The notes below the pieces were generated by a model. It saw only the letters and a program-made list of their open reading frames with translations, made no database searches and was not told the DNA's origin. DNA of 63,233 nt, the filler included, from Craspedostauros australis (taxonomy: Eukaryota), in NCBI GenBank assembly GCA_030167865.1. It is 11 parts of 11 records of this genome, joined end to end, with 100 filler letters (N's around TTAATTAATTAA, not from the genome) between each part and the next. Parts side by side here need not be neighbours in the genome. Positions count along the whole stretch, not along the records: positions 49,130 to 55,767 come from JALAGF010004759.1; positions 55,868 to 57,744 come from JALAGF010004760.1; positions 57,845 to 61,639 come from JALAGF010004762.1; 8 more parts are not named here. One strand, written 5' to 3'. Of this stretch, positions 50,726 through 61,739 are shown piece by piece (position 1 is the first letter of the stretch; each line of letters begins with the position of its first letter). The position numbers and the translations under genes are program-made.

Positions 50726-51852
50726 ACTATCCCTTCATGACCCAGGCCCAATGCGTTCATTATATCCTTTTTTTTCGGCCCGTGTTAAATTTTGAACGCG
50801 TTTGTCCTACCGCAGCCTACGTAAACAACTAAATCGGTACCTTCATTACTGTGCTATCGTTGGGAACCACTGAAATTATGTTTTACCTTACTTCAACGCC
50901 TTCCATGGTAGATACCCCAATTTTCTTTGCAGATATGGAATCCGCATAAGCTGGAGATCTTTTTGACCGTCTTTGGAGTGTTTCTTTCTAGGCCAGTAAT
51001 TTTATTTGTGGCCTTCAAGTAGCAGCACTTCCCATGATGGGGCTTCCAGCAAAACGGACTATCGTACTAACGGACAACATTGAAGGTACATTTACGGACA
51101 ATAGTAGTGAATGCGAATTATCTAGTCGTGGTGAGGACGTCGTCTCCGACGGTTTCAAATTGTCAATACATGATTGAAATGTCTCTCAGATGTAGTGAAA
51201 CAAAGCGTGCCCTATTTAAAGCACGTTTTGAAAAGGTGCCCTATTTCAAGGCATGTATGGACACCATACAGATACGAGTCGCGACGAGAATGTCAAGGAC
51301 ATGACAACCATGACTAATAAAGTCGCACTCACGACCATTAGTGTTCTTCCCTTCACGAACAGTATGTCCGACTCTCAATGTCCGGCAGTTTACCGGAAGC
51401 CCCTGTGTGTGATCTTCGTACACGCCCATGGACGTTTCCTCGCCCAACACTGGTCGAGTGCTGCTCATCTTTCTGTTCGTTCTTGGAGATGATAACCTCC
51501 GGAAGAGGATGGCAATGTATCCCAGAAAGCAGAAGACAACGACAAGTGTTGCGAGTTTGATATGCAGAATAACCAATGCGATTTCGCCCACAATCTGCGT
51601 GTTGCTGAACAGGTTCGCGCCAGTCCCGCTAGCCAAAAAACTATTCATGGGTGGTTCAGGCTCTGGTTGCGACACAATCATCCTAACAACCCCACCGAAA
51701 GCGACACATGGCTGGATCGCCCATCTCTCAAACTTTCTTCAGGTATGAAGAAAGTGATATGTTACATGTAAACGTTGACGTTAAAATGAAGATTCCATGA
51801 AAAAATTTTGCTATTTGGATTCACTATAGGCCCTGGGTCATGAAGGGATAGT
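50726..51852. mobile_element. Non-autonomous TIR DNA transposon (MITE-like, 1127 bp)
   Basis: Perfect 21-bp inverted repeats ACTATCCCTTCATGACCCAGG (50726-50746) and CCTGGGTCATGAAGGGATAGT (51832-51852), extendable to ~27 bp. AT-rich interior. TSD unclear (TA on the right only). Confidence 0.85.
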
Positions 51853-51897
51853 ATAGAGCAATAAAATAGTAATATCAAGGCTACTATGCAATTATCT

Positions 51898-52423
51898 TCA
51901 CTTCTTCATGCATTCTGCCTGCTCTCTCTTCGATTGCAAATGATTGTTGAACTTCTGCGCCTTGGCTTCTTGGTAGATGTGCTGCTTGAACTGCACCAAA
52001 TCGAACGCAGCATACTCTGGTCTGCTAGCCTTGAGTTCGGCTGGTGTCATTTCCAAATGCTTCGATTGCTTGATATCTTGGACGAGCAAGGGGCTTCGCG
52101 GGAGACAGGTACATGACGGGCTTCCCACGGATGTTGCGTCGTTGCTGAGGATGCAACGTTCGGTCATGTTCAAGCGCACGCAATTCAGTGGCAGAGCGGC
52201 CACGATTCTTGCTCACGCGTTTTTCGAATTGCTTGAAGTATCTCGCGAACACAGCTTGCGTCATCCCTGGAACCTTGAATTGCTCCAGGACGCGGTAGTG
52301 CGCCCACGCCTCGTCCACAGACACATCCACCTCGTGGAAGATGCCGCCAATGTCGAAGTCGTTCTTCATCATTGCGCCAGCTGGATTGCAGCGCCAGGTG
52401 AATTTCGGCGTGTTGGATGCCAT
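51898..52423 (-). pseudogene. Small basic helical protein of unknown function, with one frameshift near 52090
   Basis: ORFs 52025-52423 and 51898-52203 join: ALEHDRTLHP..N.RGKPV..SPAKPL|LVQDI..KHL.MTP.EL..SRPEY..F....F..HIYQE. Confidence 0.6.
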
Positions 52424-53051
52424 CTTTCCAGCTTGCCCTTCATGTGACGATTATGATTTCAAATGCATTGCAATTTAATAGTGTCTCCATTGGTTCCTTG
52501 CCCATAGCAGTATCAGTACTGGCGCCAATGATGGCGCGCACGCAGGTGCTCTAGAGTGACGCTTAGAACAATACAATTTGAAGCAGTCGTGTGTTTGTTC
52601 ACACCATCACACAGCCACAAAGCTGGACCCAATGCTCCATCTTTCCCTCCCCGTTCACAATCTCACAACAGAAAGCTGGCTCATGTGTTTCTTGCCACGG
52701 CAGTCTTGGTCATGTGCAGCAACCTGCTGAATAGTTTTGCACATACATGCCGAGATCATTGTACAGAAACCACAATAGCTCTGATTTGGTTGGAATGTCT
52801 GGTGAACAATCCTCCCAATTTCATGGTCCTTCTTCCGTTCAGACTTGGCGGGCATCCGGTCTGAAATGCAGCATTGGTTCCCTCGCTGATGGTTTTTGTC
52901 CGACGGAATCGCAAGCTGTCGCGAGCACTCGTATGATGTGAAGCTGGAACCACGCGATGATTCGTTCACAACCTCTGCGGAAAGTAACAACACGGCCAAC
53001 TCCTCAACAGCAGCGCTTCCAAACAACATCATCTCATAATCTCCACCGATA

Positions 53052-54404
53052 ATGCAAGACACCAGCTTCAGCAAGAACGATCGTAAGTGTCTGGCCGAAA
53101 GCATCGCTCGAGCCGTTGAGAAGATTGGCAAGAGTCGACAGCAAGTTAGATTCTCAAGAGAAGTTTGTGACGACGACAACGTTCTGTTTGGTGCACCAGG
53201 ATCCAATCGTCGCGTGCAGAGCAGTCGGTTGTTCAGCGGGCTCAAGAAGCGGACGATCACGAGCTACATGTCGCTCCTTCGCAAATCGCAAATCGAAGTC
53301 GGCAAAGGGACTCTCGCCGAGCTCAAGGAGCATGAGAAGAAGACAAAGGAGAAGGACTCGGACAGTTCGGATGCCTCGGATGCCTCGGATCACTCAGATG
53401 GCTTGGGCAGTTCAGATGGGTCGCACACGGATGATGTCGGTGACAGTGTTGATGATCTTGTTGACGCGGTTAATGGCATCTCACTACAACCGCCCGTTGC
53501 TCCTTCTTCTGTGAACAAAACCTCCGTCCGAGCTCCGCCATCAACAGCTGCCATTCACAAACCACCACTCCAACGCAACACTGTACACATGAATCTCGAC
53601 GGGATGTCCACCCCAAGCAAGGATCAGCTCTTGCCAAACCGGGTGGAGACGCCACAGCGCGCCTTCGGACCGCCATCGTTCGCTTCGCCGGCCCCTTCCT
53701 TTGCTTCCCCTGGCATGTCTGCCCGTGGACTTGGGGAGGCCAATGTTGGAAACGATGCGCTCGCTTCTCTTTTTGCCAATGCCCAAGACGGAACAAAAGA
53801 GAACCCGTACAAAATCCCGGTTAATACCAGGTTCCCCGAACGCAACGGTCCCTTTCTCATTGACCACGTCAATGACGTTGCTGTGAAGAATGCGAACTTC
53901 TCGGGTTATCACATTCGGGTGCCGACTTCCCTCCACGACATCAAGGAGTGGACGGCAACAATCCCTGTATCCGCCCCCAGCCTCTCCGAGCGTGCAATCA
54001 TGATTCGCGGCCCAAGCACCTCCGGCTGGCATCGCGACGCAGAGCGCTACTACGCTGGGGATGAAGATTGCGGAACGGCAAAAAACGCCCTGGGTTCTAC
54101 GATCGCAAGCATCCAGGCCTCCCAAGAACGTCAGTTCTCGTACTGGCTTGTGATTTTTCCGATCAACGTCCGGTTCGATCACACCGTGTTCCCACGGCTC
54201 ATTGACAACACCATCGTGACCCACTTGTCTCTCCAGCGTGCCAGTGAAGGCACAACAGAGCTTGGGCGTGTGACCTACGGAGCTTCTGTGTATTGGAAGG
54301 TGGCTTTGCAAGGCGGCCGCTTGAATTCAGTGCCCAAACCGACCGCAATGGCAAAGTACCTCGAGTTGTTTGACGAAGAGGATGGCAATGGCGCTGGCGC
54401 ATGA
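53052..54404 (+). CDS. Hypothetical 450-aa protein (basic N-domain, S/D/P-rich linker, globular C-domain)
   Basis: Uninterrupted ATG-TGA ORF; the C-domain starts DGTKENPYKIPVNTRFPERN. Confidence 0.75.
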   Translation: MQDTSFSKNDRKCLAESIARAVEKIGKSRQQVRFSREVCDDDNVLFGAPGSNRRVQSSRLFSGLKKRTITSYMSLLRKSQIEVGKGTLAELKEHEKKTKEKDSDSSDASDASDHSDGLGSSDGSHTDDVGDSVDDLVDAVNGISLQPPVAPSSVNKTSVRAPPSTAAIHKPPLQRNTVHMNLDGMSTPSKDQLLPNRVETPQRAFGPPSFASPAPSFASPGMSARGLGEANVGNDALASLFANAQDGTKENPYKIPVNTRFPERNGPFLIDHVNDVAVKNANFSGYHIRVPTSLHDIKEWTATIPVSAPSLSERAIMIRGPSTSGWHRDAERYYAGDEDCGTAKNALGSTIASIQASQERQFSYWLVIFPINVRFDHTVFPRLIDNTIVTHLSLQRASEGTTELGRVTYGASVYWKVALQGGRLNSVPKPTAMAKYLELFDEEDGNGAGA

Positions 54405-54581
54405 GGGCAGCTCAGACGAGTAGCACAGCAAGAGGAAGGAGCAACTGCCATGAGCAGTCAGCACAATCGTAACAATAATAACTAGTGAACAAGTGAAGAG
54501 AAATGGTGCTTGGTCTGTTGCCTATTTTAGTCTCCTATTGACATGGTGGGGTTGGTGTTTGATGCGCTTTGCTGTTGCCCG

Positions 54582-55127
54582 TCACCCCATCTTGACTTCG
54601 CTCACATCAACCACACGGATGTTTGCGTCATCGCCAAGCTCCTTGCGAATATCTGTGGCCTCGTGGATCTTCTGCAGGAGAATTGTATTGAAGCTTAGAA
54701 GATCCCCGCTACGGAGAGTCATGCGGCTGTTCCCCTCCACAACACCGAGATTGCAGCAGTCGCACAACGCCATCGCGAGCTTCTTAACCATTTTGTTGAT
54801 GTCAGGCTGTTGTTGCATGATTGCCTCGGCTCTGTTTGCTGGGATCTTGCGGCGCTTGACGTTCTCCTTGTTGATGGCAGTCGCCTTCTGCTCGCCATCG
54901 TGGAGCTGCAAGACGACTGGAAGGCGAGTCTTGGTTGGCTTCTTGTCCACGTTCACCCACCCAATCAGACCCTTGTACTTGCCGCCAATGACGGAAATTG
55001 GTTTGCCTTTCATCACCATCCTGCTCTGTAATTGGTTGATTTGTGATGGCATCGTGCGTTCCTCGACAGTAACATGGGCAACAGCAACAACGGGCGCAAT
55101 CACGACGATCTGTGTCATGCCTACCAC
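54582..55127 (-). CDS. Hypothetical small protein with a KOW/SH3-like motif; start codon uncertain
   Basis: KGKPISVIGGKYKGLIGWV is KOW-like and is followed by a helical segment. Confidence 0.6.
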   Translation of the reverse strand: MVGMTQIVVIAPVVAVAHVTVEERTMPSQINQLQSRMVMKGKPISVIGGKYKGLIGWVNVDKKPTKTRLPVVLQLHDGEQKATAINKENVKRRKIPANRAEAIMQQQPDINKMVKKLAMALCDCCNLGVVEGNSRMTLRSGDLLSFNTILLQKIHEATDIRKELGDDANIRVVDVSEVKMG

Positions 55128-55407
55128 TTGGCGACAATGGGTTCATCGAAACCAACGAGCAACCGTCGCAGAATGGCATCTCCCGTGTTTGCTACACGTC
55201 GCCAAACTACCTTGCTCTATCCCTGTCATAGTGCATACATGTAGTTGAATGCTTGCACGCTGCTATTTCCCGTCTTTCCGTTATTTTGGACTGATGTGTT
55301 GCCAGCGGCCGGCGCATGCCTAACACGCTCGCTAATTCAGAGCCAACATCATCATCACCGCTATCAGCAGCAGCAACAACAAGACGAACATCAACGTCGC
55401 AGCACGG

Positions 55408-55442
<35 letters not shown>

Positions 55443-55464
55443 GATTGCGACTACGACTACGACG
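55408..55464. repeat. (CAGCAA)n and (CGACTA)n microsatellites
   Basis: Read directly. Confidence 0.85.
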
Positions 55465-55573
55465 GAAACAAACATGGCAGCAACAGTCAATGCACCAATC
55501 ATAAGAACAACAACTCCACCAATTCACAGGATCAATCACGATAGTCAACATCATCTCATCTATTCTACGCATC

Positions 55574-55767
55574 ATGTTCCTCAGCGCAAACACCGTCCTC
55601 ACGCTTGGGCTCGAGTTGGTGGGGATCCAGGACACGAAGTGGAAGGCCATTGAAGCCCTGACGGTTCTGTTCCGTCAGCATTATGGTTCCAACCCACTGG
55701 ACGTCGCAGAGATTTGGTATGACTTGTGTCACACAACCATCCGTGCGGCAGCCATCGACGCACAAGA
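55574..55767 (+). CDS. Probable N-terminus of a PIF/Harbinger-ISL2EU-like DDE transposase, cut by the linker
   Basis: GL.LVG..FRQHYGSNP..VAEIWYDL..T.I..A.I resembles the N-terminus of diatom DDE_Tnp_4-type proteins as recalled. No catalytic residues are visible. Confidence 0.55.
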
Positions 55768-55867
55768 NNNNNNNNNNNNNNNNNNNNNNNNNNNNNNNNN
55801 NNNNNNNNNNNTTAATTAATTAANNNNNNNNNNNNNNNNNNNNNNNNNNNNNNNNNNNNNNNNNNNN
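55768..55867. other. Artificial 100-nt contig linker
   Basis: N44-TTAATTAATTAA-N44. Confidence 0.97.
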
Positions 55868-56223
55868 AGTTCCAAGCATCCAAAGGCAACCATCGAGATG
55901 ACCGGAGAGAGGAACTGAGATGAAGTGGGACCAGCGAGGTGACAGGAGACCGAAGGAGAGGTACCTACAGGTCTACGAGTATGAACTTGACGAATGTAGG
56001 TGCTCTCCAATCCTCAGCCAAGCAANCGATGAACCACGATGAAAGCAAGATGAAGATGCAGACGAAAGGAGCCAAGCTAAAGGGTGTAACCTCGGGTGGC
56101 TACTGCAGATCATGCTTATTGTGAATTGGAATCGAAAGGAGATGAGCATGTTGTGCTCACAGTTCTAAAACGGTACAGACTGATAACAGATTAGTCTACT
56201 ACTATATCCCCGGATTTCCAACA
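55868..56223 (+). repeat. LTR family B 3' part, abutting pol of the same lineage
   Basis: CTCACAGTTCTAAAACGGTACAG...CCCCGGATTTCCAACA. Confidence 0.8.
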
Positions 56224-57744
56224 CATAACGACGAGGAAGATCGGAGCGAATCCAATCATGAGGATGATGAGATCATACCATCCAGCGACGAAGCCGACGA
56301 TGACACAGGCGTCACCCCTCCGAACACACCAGCGAGGTCTACACATGGTACACCATCCAGACCTCCACCAAGCAAACCAAATAAGCGTGGCATAGCTAGA
56401 AAGGAGAGGATCCGACGTCACGAAGCACGAGGCAGGAAGGGAGAAGCTAATCCCAAGTCAACTACAGGGAAGAATATTCCCAGAGCTCTGCGTGAGCTCG
56501 CAGACTTCAACGAACGAGGTCGAAAGGAAGAGGGCTATGAGAGCGATTCATCATCCCATGAGGCGAGTGACGAACTCAGCGATGAGGTGATCGACGACTC
56601 CAACAACGAAACCACAGATGACGAAGAAATCGAAGACGAAGATGAAGAGATCGAAATCACTCACCATAGCACAACAGGACTATATGGGATGAACGCAATC
56701 ATCACCGAAGTACCAGCGATCGACATTGGATTGTCGATGCAAGACAAGAACAAGGAACCAGAGAAGCACATCGAACCAACGACATTCGATGGAGCCTTCA
56801 ATCATCCAGACCCTATTCATCGAAAGGGATATCGAGCAGCCATCAAGAAGGAATTCGACTCCATGGATACACGAAAGGTATACAGCAAGATCAAACAAGA
56901 CGCCATCCCACGCGGCCGCAGATGCTGCAAATGCAAATGGGTCTTCAAGCTGAAACGCGACGGCACACATCGAGCACGACTCGTTGCATGTGGCTACTCA
57001 CAAGTCGCAGGAGTGGACTTCCAAGAGCACTACTCACCCGTCATCCATGACGTGACCTATTGGGTCATGATGGTGATCATGCTGATCAAGAAGATGGACT
57101 GCGCACTCGTCAATGTCGTAACGGCATTCCTACACGGAGACCTCGACGAGGAGATCTACATGAACTGTCCCAACGGGATGAATCATCAACCAGACGAAGC
57201 CCTGACCCTACACAAGCCAATCTACGGGCTTGTGTAGAGCGCCAGGCAATGGTTCAAGATGTTGGTATCGACCCTCAAGAATATCAACTTCGAACAGAGC
57301 GCAGCAGACCCGTGCCTGTTNNNNNNNNNNNNNNNNNNNNNNNNNNNNNNNNNNNNNNNNNNNNNNNNNNNNNNNNNNNNNNNNNNNNNNNNNNNNNNNN
57401 NNNNNNNNNNNNNNNNNNNNNNNNNNNNNNNNNNNNNNNNNNNNNNNNNNNNNNNNGGACTCGGAGACTACCTCAGCTGCAACATTGAGTTGAACCACGA
57501 CAAGACCAGAGCGACATTGCGTCAACCACATCTCATCCGACACCTCATCGAAGAGTTCGGAACCAAGGTTGAGAAGATGCAGCGCTACGGGACACCGGGA
57601 ACCCCGGGTCAAATCATCGTACGACCGTCCGAAGATAACGGATTGCAGAAGGTCGGACCAGAAGAACATGCCGAATACCGCCGAGGCGTCGGTATGCTAC
57701 TCTTCCTCATCAAACACTCGCGACCAGATATCGCGAACCCTGTG
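56224..57744 (+). pseudogene. pol: Copia lineage B IN-RT spacer and RT, paralog of 44060-44774
   Basis: KWVFKLK, RARLVACGYSQ, TAFLHGDL, IYGL(stop)SARQW, SRPDIA. Confidence 0.92.
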
Positions 57745-57844
57745 NNNNNNNNNNNNNNNNNNNNNNNNNNNNNNNNNNNNNNNNNNNNTTAATTAATTAA
57801 NNNNNNNNNNNNNNNNNNNNNNNNNNNNNNNNNNNNNNNNNNNN
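57745..57844. other. Artificial 100-nt contig linker
   Basis: N44-TTAATTAATTAA-N44. Confidence 0.97.
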
Positions 57845-58593
57845 CGCTCTGCATGTTGGTGTCCGACGACTACATCGAAGACTCCTTCTTCGATAACTTC
57901 GAGTGCGTCGGAAGTGACGACGAAGTGCGGGACGATGAGATCGTCCCGGAGTGGCTCAGCGAGGAGCCAATCATCCACGAGGTGGACCCAAGACGCGAAG
58001 TAAGCTACGAATGCTGCTTCAACACGCACGACCTGATCGGTTCATACGGCGACGAAGCTGAGATGGACGACGAGGCCAACGATAGCGACATCGAAGAGGC
58101 CATGAGCGATGACGACGACGACGACGACGCCGACGAGGACGGCGCAGATGAAGACGACGAGGCGAACCGCGACGAGTTGCCTCCTCCTCAAGCTGGGAGA
58201 TACGAGAGAACGGGAACCTTCATCAATCAAGGCCAAGGCGAAACGAACCGCGCAGCGGCGCCGCCTCCTCCAGCGGCGGGGAACAACAGATCGGGCATCT
58301 TCGACGAAGATGACAGCGACGAAACCGAAGACCATCCAGACGACAGCTTCAATCCAAACGAGCGTGTCGTCTATCCAGCGAATATCGACTTCCCAGATAT
58401 TGAGGATCCCAACAGTGTCGACTATCTCCTCCGTCACAGCGTCACTCCAAACGCAACAGCAACACCATTGATAATCCAAAAGCAGCTCATCTTTGACGCA
58501 GTAATGGAAGCGGGGATGCGACTGTTCTCAGGGACTGCACGAGGAGTGCTCAGACCAATATGGGTGAACATGATGGGATCCATCCTATCCGAG
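57845..58593 (+). CDS. Copia lineage B extra-domain fragment (homolog of 41571-42200), cut by a LINE tail
   Basis: VPEWLSEEPIIHEV.P..EVSYE.CFN, FNP.ERV.YP and QLI.DAVM.AGM.L are shared with the 41.6-42.2 kb frames. Confidence 0.75.
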
Positions 58594-61500
58594 AATAAAT
58601 AAATAACTCATAGATTAGTCGGTCTTATGCTGCGACTGCGTCGGCGACGCTTTTCTCCGCCTCCTTTCAACTCCAGGTGGAACACCTGGAGGGGGTACGG
58701 AATCTGAAGTATGGGTGCTCTGTACTTGTTTGCTTGTGTTGATTTCGTTCTCATTTGTTGGGCTCGGTCCTGCGGTGCAATTGGAACCCCGTCTTCGAGT
58801 GGACTTGCATCCACTTGAGCAGAGGGCCTGTGGCTAGGTTGGTTCGCAGCAGTCTCGCCGCCTGCTCCATCCACAGCGCCACGCTTGCAGCGTCGGACTC
58901 GCATCCTGGACGTACTGCCAGCACACGCTTATGGACGGCATTGTCGGCTTGGAGCATGCTTGCCAGGTCTTCCGACCTGTCGCGCATGGCTTCCACCATC
59001 TCCTGCTCGGCTGACTCGGCTTCGTTGAACATGTCATGGTTCCGAAGCCGCCATTGTTCCCACGCTATTCTCCATATGCGTCGGGCCAGCTCCGCCCCCC
59101 ACTTTAGGGGCGATCGTCGCGATTCTTGGCTTGCCAGAAACACCGCTTGTAACTCCACCCACTTTGTGCCGATCAGCCCGCGCGAAAGAGACACGTTCCC
59201 TATNCGCCGCTGCTGCTCGATTGCCTCGGTCAGCGCTTTGCTCGCAGTCATTGCCTGAAGATGCACTGTGCCTGCCAGTTGGCTTCNCAGCATGGCTGTT
59301 ATGGCTGCNGTGACCTGCGGGCTGGTTGGATATTTGGCCATCCACATGCGGATTCCCTTCAGGTGCTTGGCAGTCGCTTCCGCCCTGTGCTCGGCGGGGC
59401 AAGACCAGATATGAGCCTGGACTTCTTCAGCGTTGCAACTGGGGCAGTTACTGGACGCCCGTAGCCCCCACTGTTTCATTCGTTTTCCCACTGCTGCTTC
59501 GCCGGTGACCAATTTGAACGTCAGCATTGCGTTGGCATGATCGAGGCCGGTAATTGCCCTTCCCAGTGCCGGCCAACTGACTTCGTCTGCTCGGTCCACC
59601 ACTTGTCTGTTTCTCAATATCTCGAATGTTGCTTTGGTCAGACCTTCCTCGGCTATGTGTTCATAACGCACCGAGGTTATCTTCATACGCCTGGAAAGGC
59701 ATACTTCCTCGCCTTCGATGATATCGTCATAGGGCGTGGTGCCACCGCTTACTCGCCGCTGGGCCCCGGCCAATTTATCAGCTTCCACGTTCATTTTTGC
59801 CCACTCATCGAGCTCGTGCCACTGCTTGTCGTCATCTTGGTGCCCTTTCACGTGCCGTCCTTCAATGCTAATTGGTAGCTGCAGCATCTTGTTTCGCGTA
59901 GCCCGCATTAGGTCAGCATCGGAGGACCTGGGTGTCAAGTGCCAGGTAGGATCCAGCGCCTTGAGCGCACCGACATTGTCGCATCCGACCACTGCTCGCC
60001 CCGACGCAACTCCCTGGGAGTCGCATATGCATTGGATCGCCACCATAAGGCTGTACAAACCTGATAACTCCGCCCTGTGGGACTGCATTGTGTCGCTGCT
60101 GCGTGGCGTCCTGCAGGTTAACCACAGTTTGGCCATTTGGTCGTGGGCCTCGCCGGTGATCACTGCTCCTGCCGCTCCTAGCCCATCGGCTACCGAACCG
60201 TCGCTGCATGCGGTGAGTGTTCCGGCCTTGATGGCGTCTCCGAGCACTGTCTCGTCTCCCTCGATGTCCCATGCCTCGATCGCCCACGCTGACGAGTCCG
60301 AGAGATGCTGGAACTTCGCCGCGAGGTCTTGAACTGGCGGTGGCGGCTGGGAGGCGATACCTGGGGAGCTTCCTGTAACTGCCAAGTTTGGTCCGCTGGT
60401 GTAGCCATCCACTGGTTGCGTGCCCTGGGCGGTGGTGCCGACGGTTCGCGCGTACTCCCTCCTGCGTCCCCTGCGTGGGACTCGTCGGTAATATACTCCC
60501 GCCTGGTCGATGGATGTGATTCTGTCTGCTTCCGGATCATACATGAATTGGGGGGTTTGAGAGCCGTAGTTCCGCCATTCTCCGAGCGGTGGGGACAACG
60601 TTCTAGATGGCCCCCTGGTGGATGGGAAGCATCGGCCGACTGCCTGTGACCACTCCTTCCACTGCCGTGGCGATGGTTCTCCGACTCGCGGCCATCTCAT
60701 GCTGCTATTCCGGAGAGGCGTTGGCCCCGGAGAGACGGAGGCCGCTAGCACTTCGTCGCCTTGGACATTCGCTATGTCGGATACCCACAGCACCTGTTTC
60801 GCCATTCGGCACAGGTTGACTGCTTGGAGCTCCGCCTTGGTCAGGTTGAGAGAGAGTATGCGCTCCATGATGAACGTGTCGCCTTCCCTTGGTGGTTTCA
60901 GCGGCGACGTTTCGAACCGAAGGGTGATCTCAACATGGTTGAGCTCGGCCCATACTGCTTTCATCCACGAGTCTGGCAATACTCCTTGCCACTGGCTCAG
61001 CGTCTTAGTGAGCACTTGGTCCATGCCGGCTTGTAGTTCCAGTGTGCCCATGGCGTTGCGCATCAGCTTTCCTGTGATCGTGCTCTGGTTCCAATGCTTG
61101 GTGATTTCCTCGACGTGTCGTGTGACCTGCGTATAATATATGTGCGGTACACCCAATCCGAATTGCCGCCGCGGACCAAATACTAGTGCTCGAGACACGT
61201 TTCGTTGGACTCCTGTCGCCGGGAGCGCTGATTGTAGCATGGGTCGCATGATGCTTTCGGACTCTGCTTTCGTAAATGTTGCGCTTGCCAGGGGATACTC
61301 CAGGGTTTTCATGATGGTAGCGTGCAGGGCTACCTTTGCCTGCCCTCGGAGCAGCCCGCCTCGTCGTATTGCGTCAGCCCATTTCCGAGCTTTCTGCGTG
61401 TACATTTCCGCGTTGTCGTGTTGCACTCCGTCATGGCGCACCATTACTCCAAGAGCCTTTCTGGCTTGATCGACTGGCAGTCTGAGCAGTGTAGATCGCT

Positions 61501-61639
61501 CCGCGCTGTCTGGCTGTCGGATATTGATGCTGCCCGGGACCTCCTCATCGCCTCGGTGTATCCATTCCTTCCCGCTCCATTTGAAGGCCAGAAGATACCA
61601 GTAGCTTTTCCGCGGTTCGAGCGCCCCGCCTGTAGCTCG
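58594..61639 (-). mobile_element. Non-LTR retrotransposon (Ambal-like), 3' ~3 kb: RT C-terminal region, RNase H, CCHC, 3' UTR and (TATT)n tail
   Basis: ORF open from the linker to 58751: GALEP.KSYWY, GP..FGLG, SDGS, RAELSG, CDN, HVKGHQD, N.EAD.LA, CPSC..E..H...C, WR.RN. Confidence 0.9.
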
Positions 61640-61739
61640 NNNNNNNNNNNNNNNNNNNNNNNNNNNNNNNNNNNNNNNNNNNNTTAATTAATTAANNNNN
61701 NNNNNNNNNNNNNNNNNNNNNNNNNNNNNNNNNNNNNNN
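61640..61739. other. Artificial 100-nt contig linker
   Basis: N44-TTAATTAATTAA-N44. Confidence 0.97.

Noticed and set aside
51854..52553. TAGAGCA/TGCTCTA as TIRs around the small gene
   Set aside because: Only 7 bp, does not extend, and is expected by chance.
19568..61739. Recurrent TTAATTAATTAA as a biological motif, and gene neighbourhoods across it
   Set aside because: It is always centred in an exactly 100-nt N block, so it is an artificial six-frame-stop linker between contigs.
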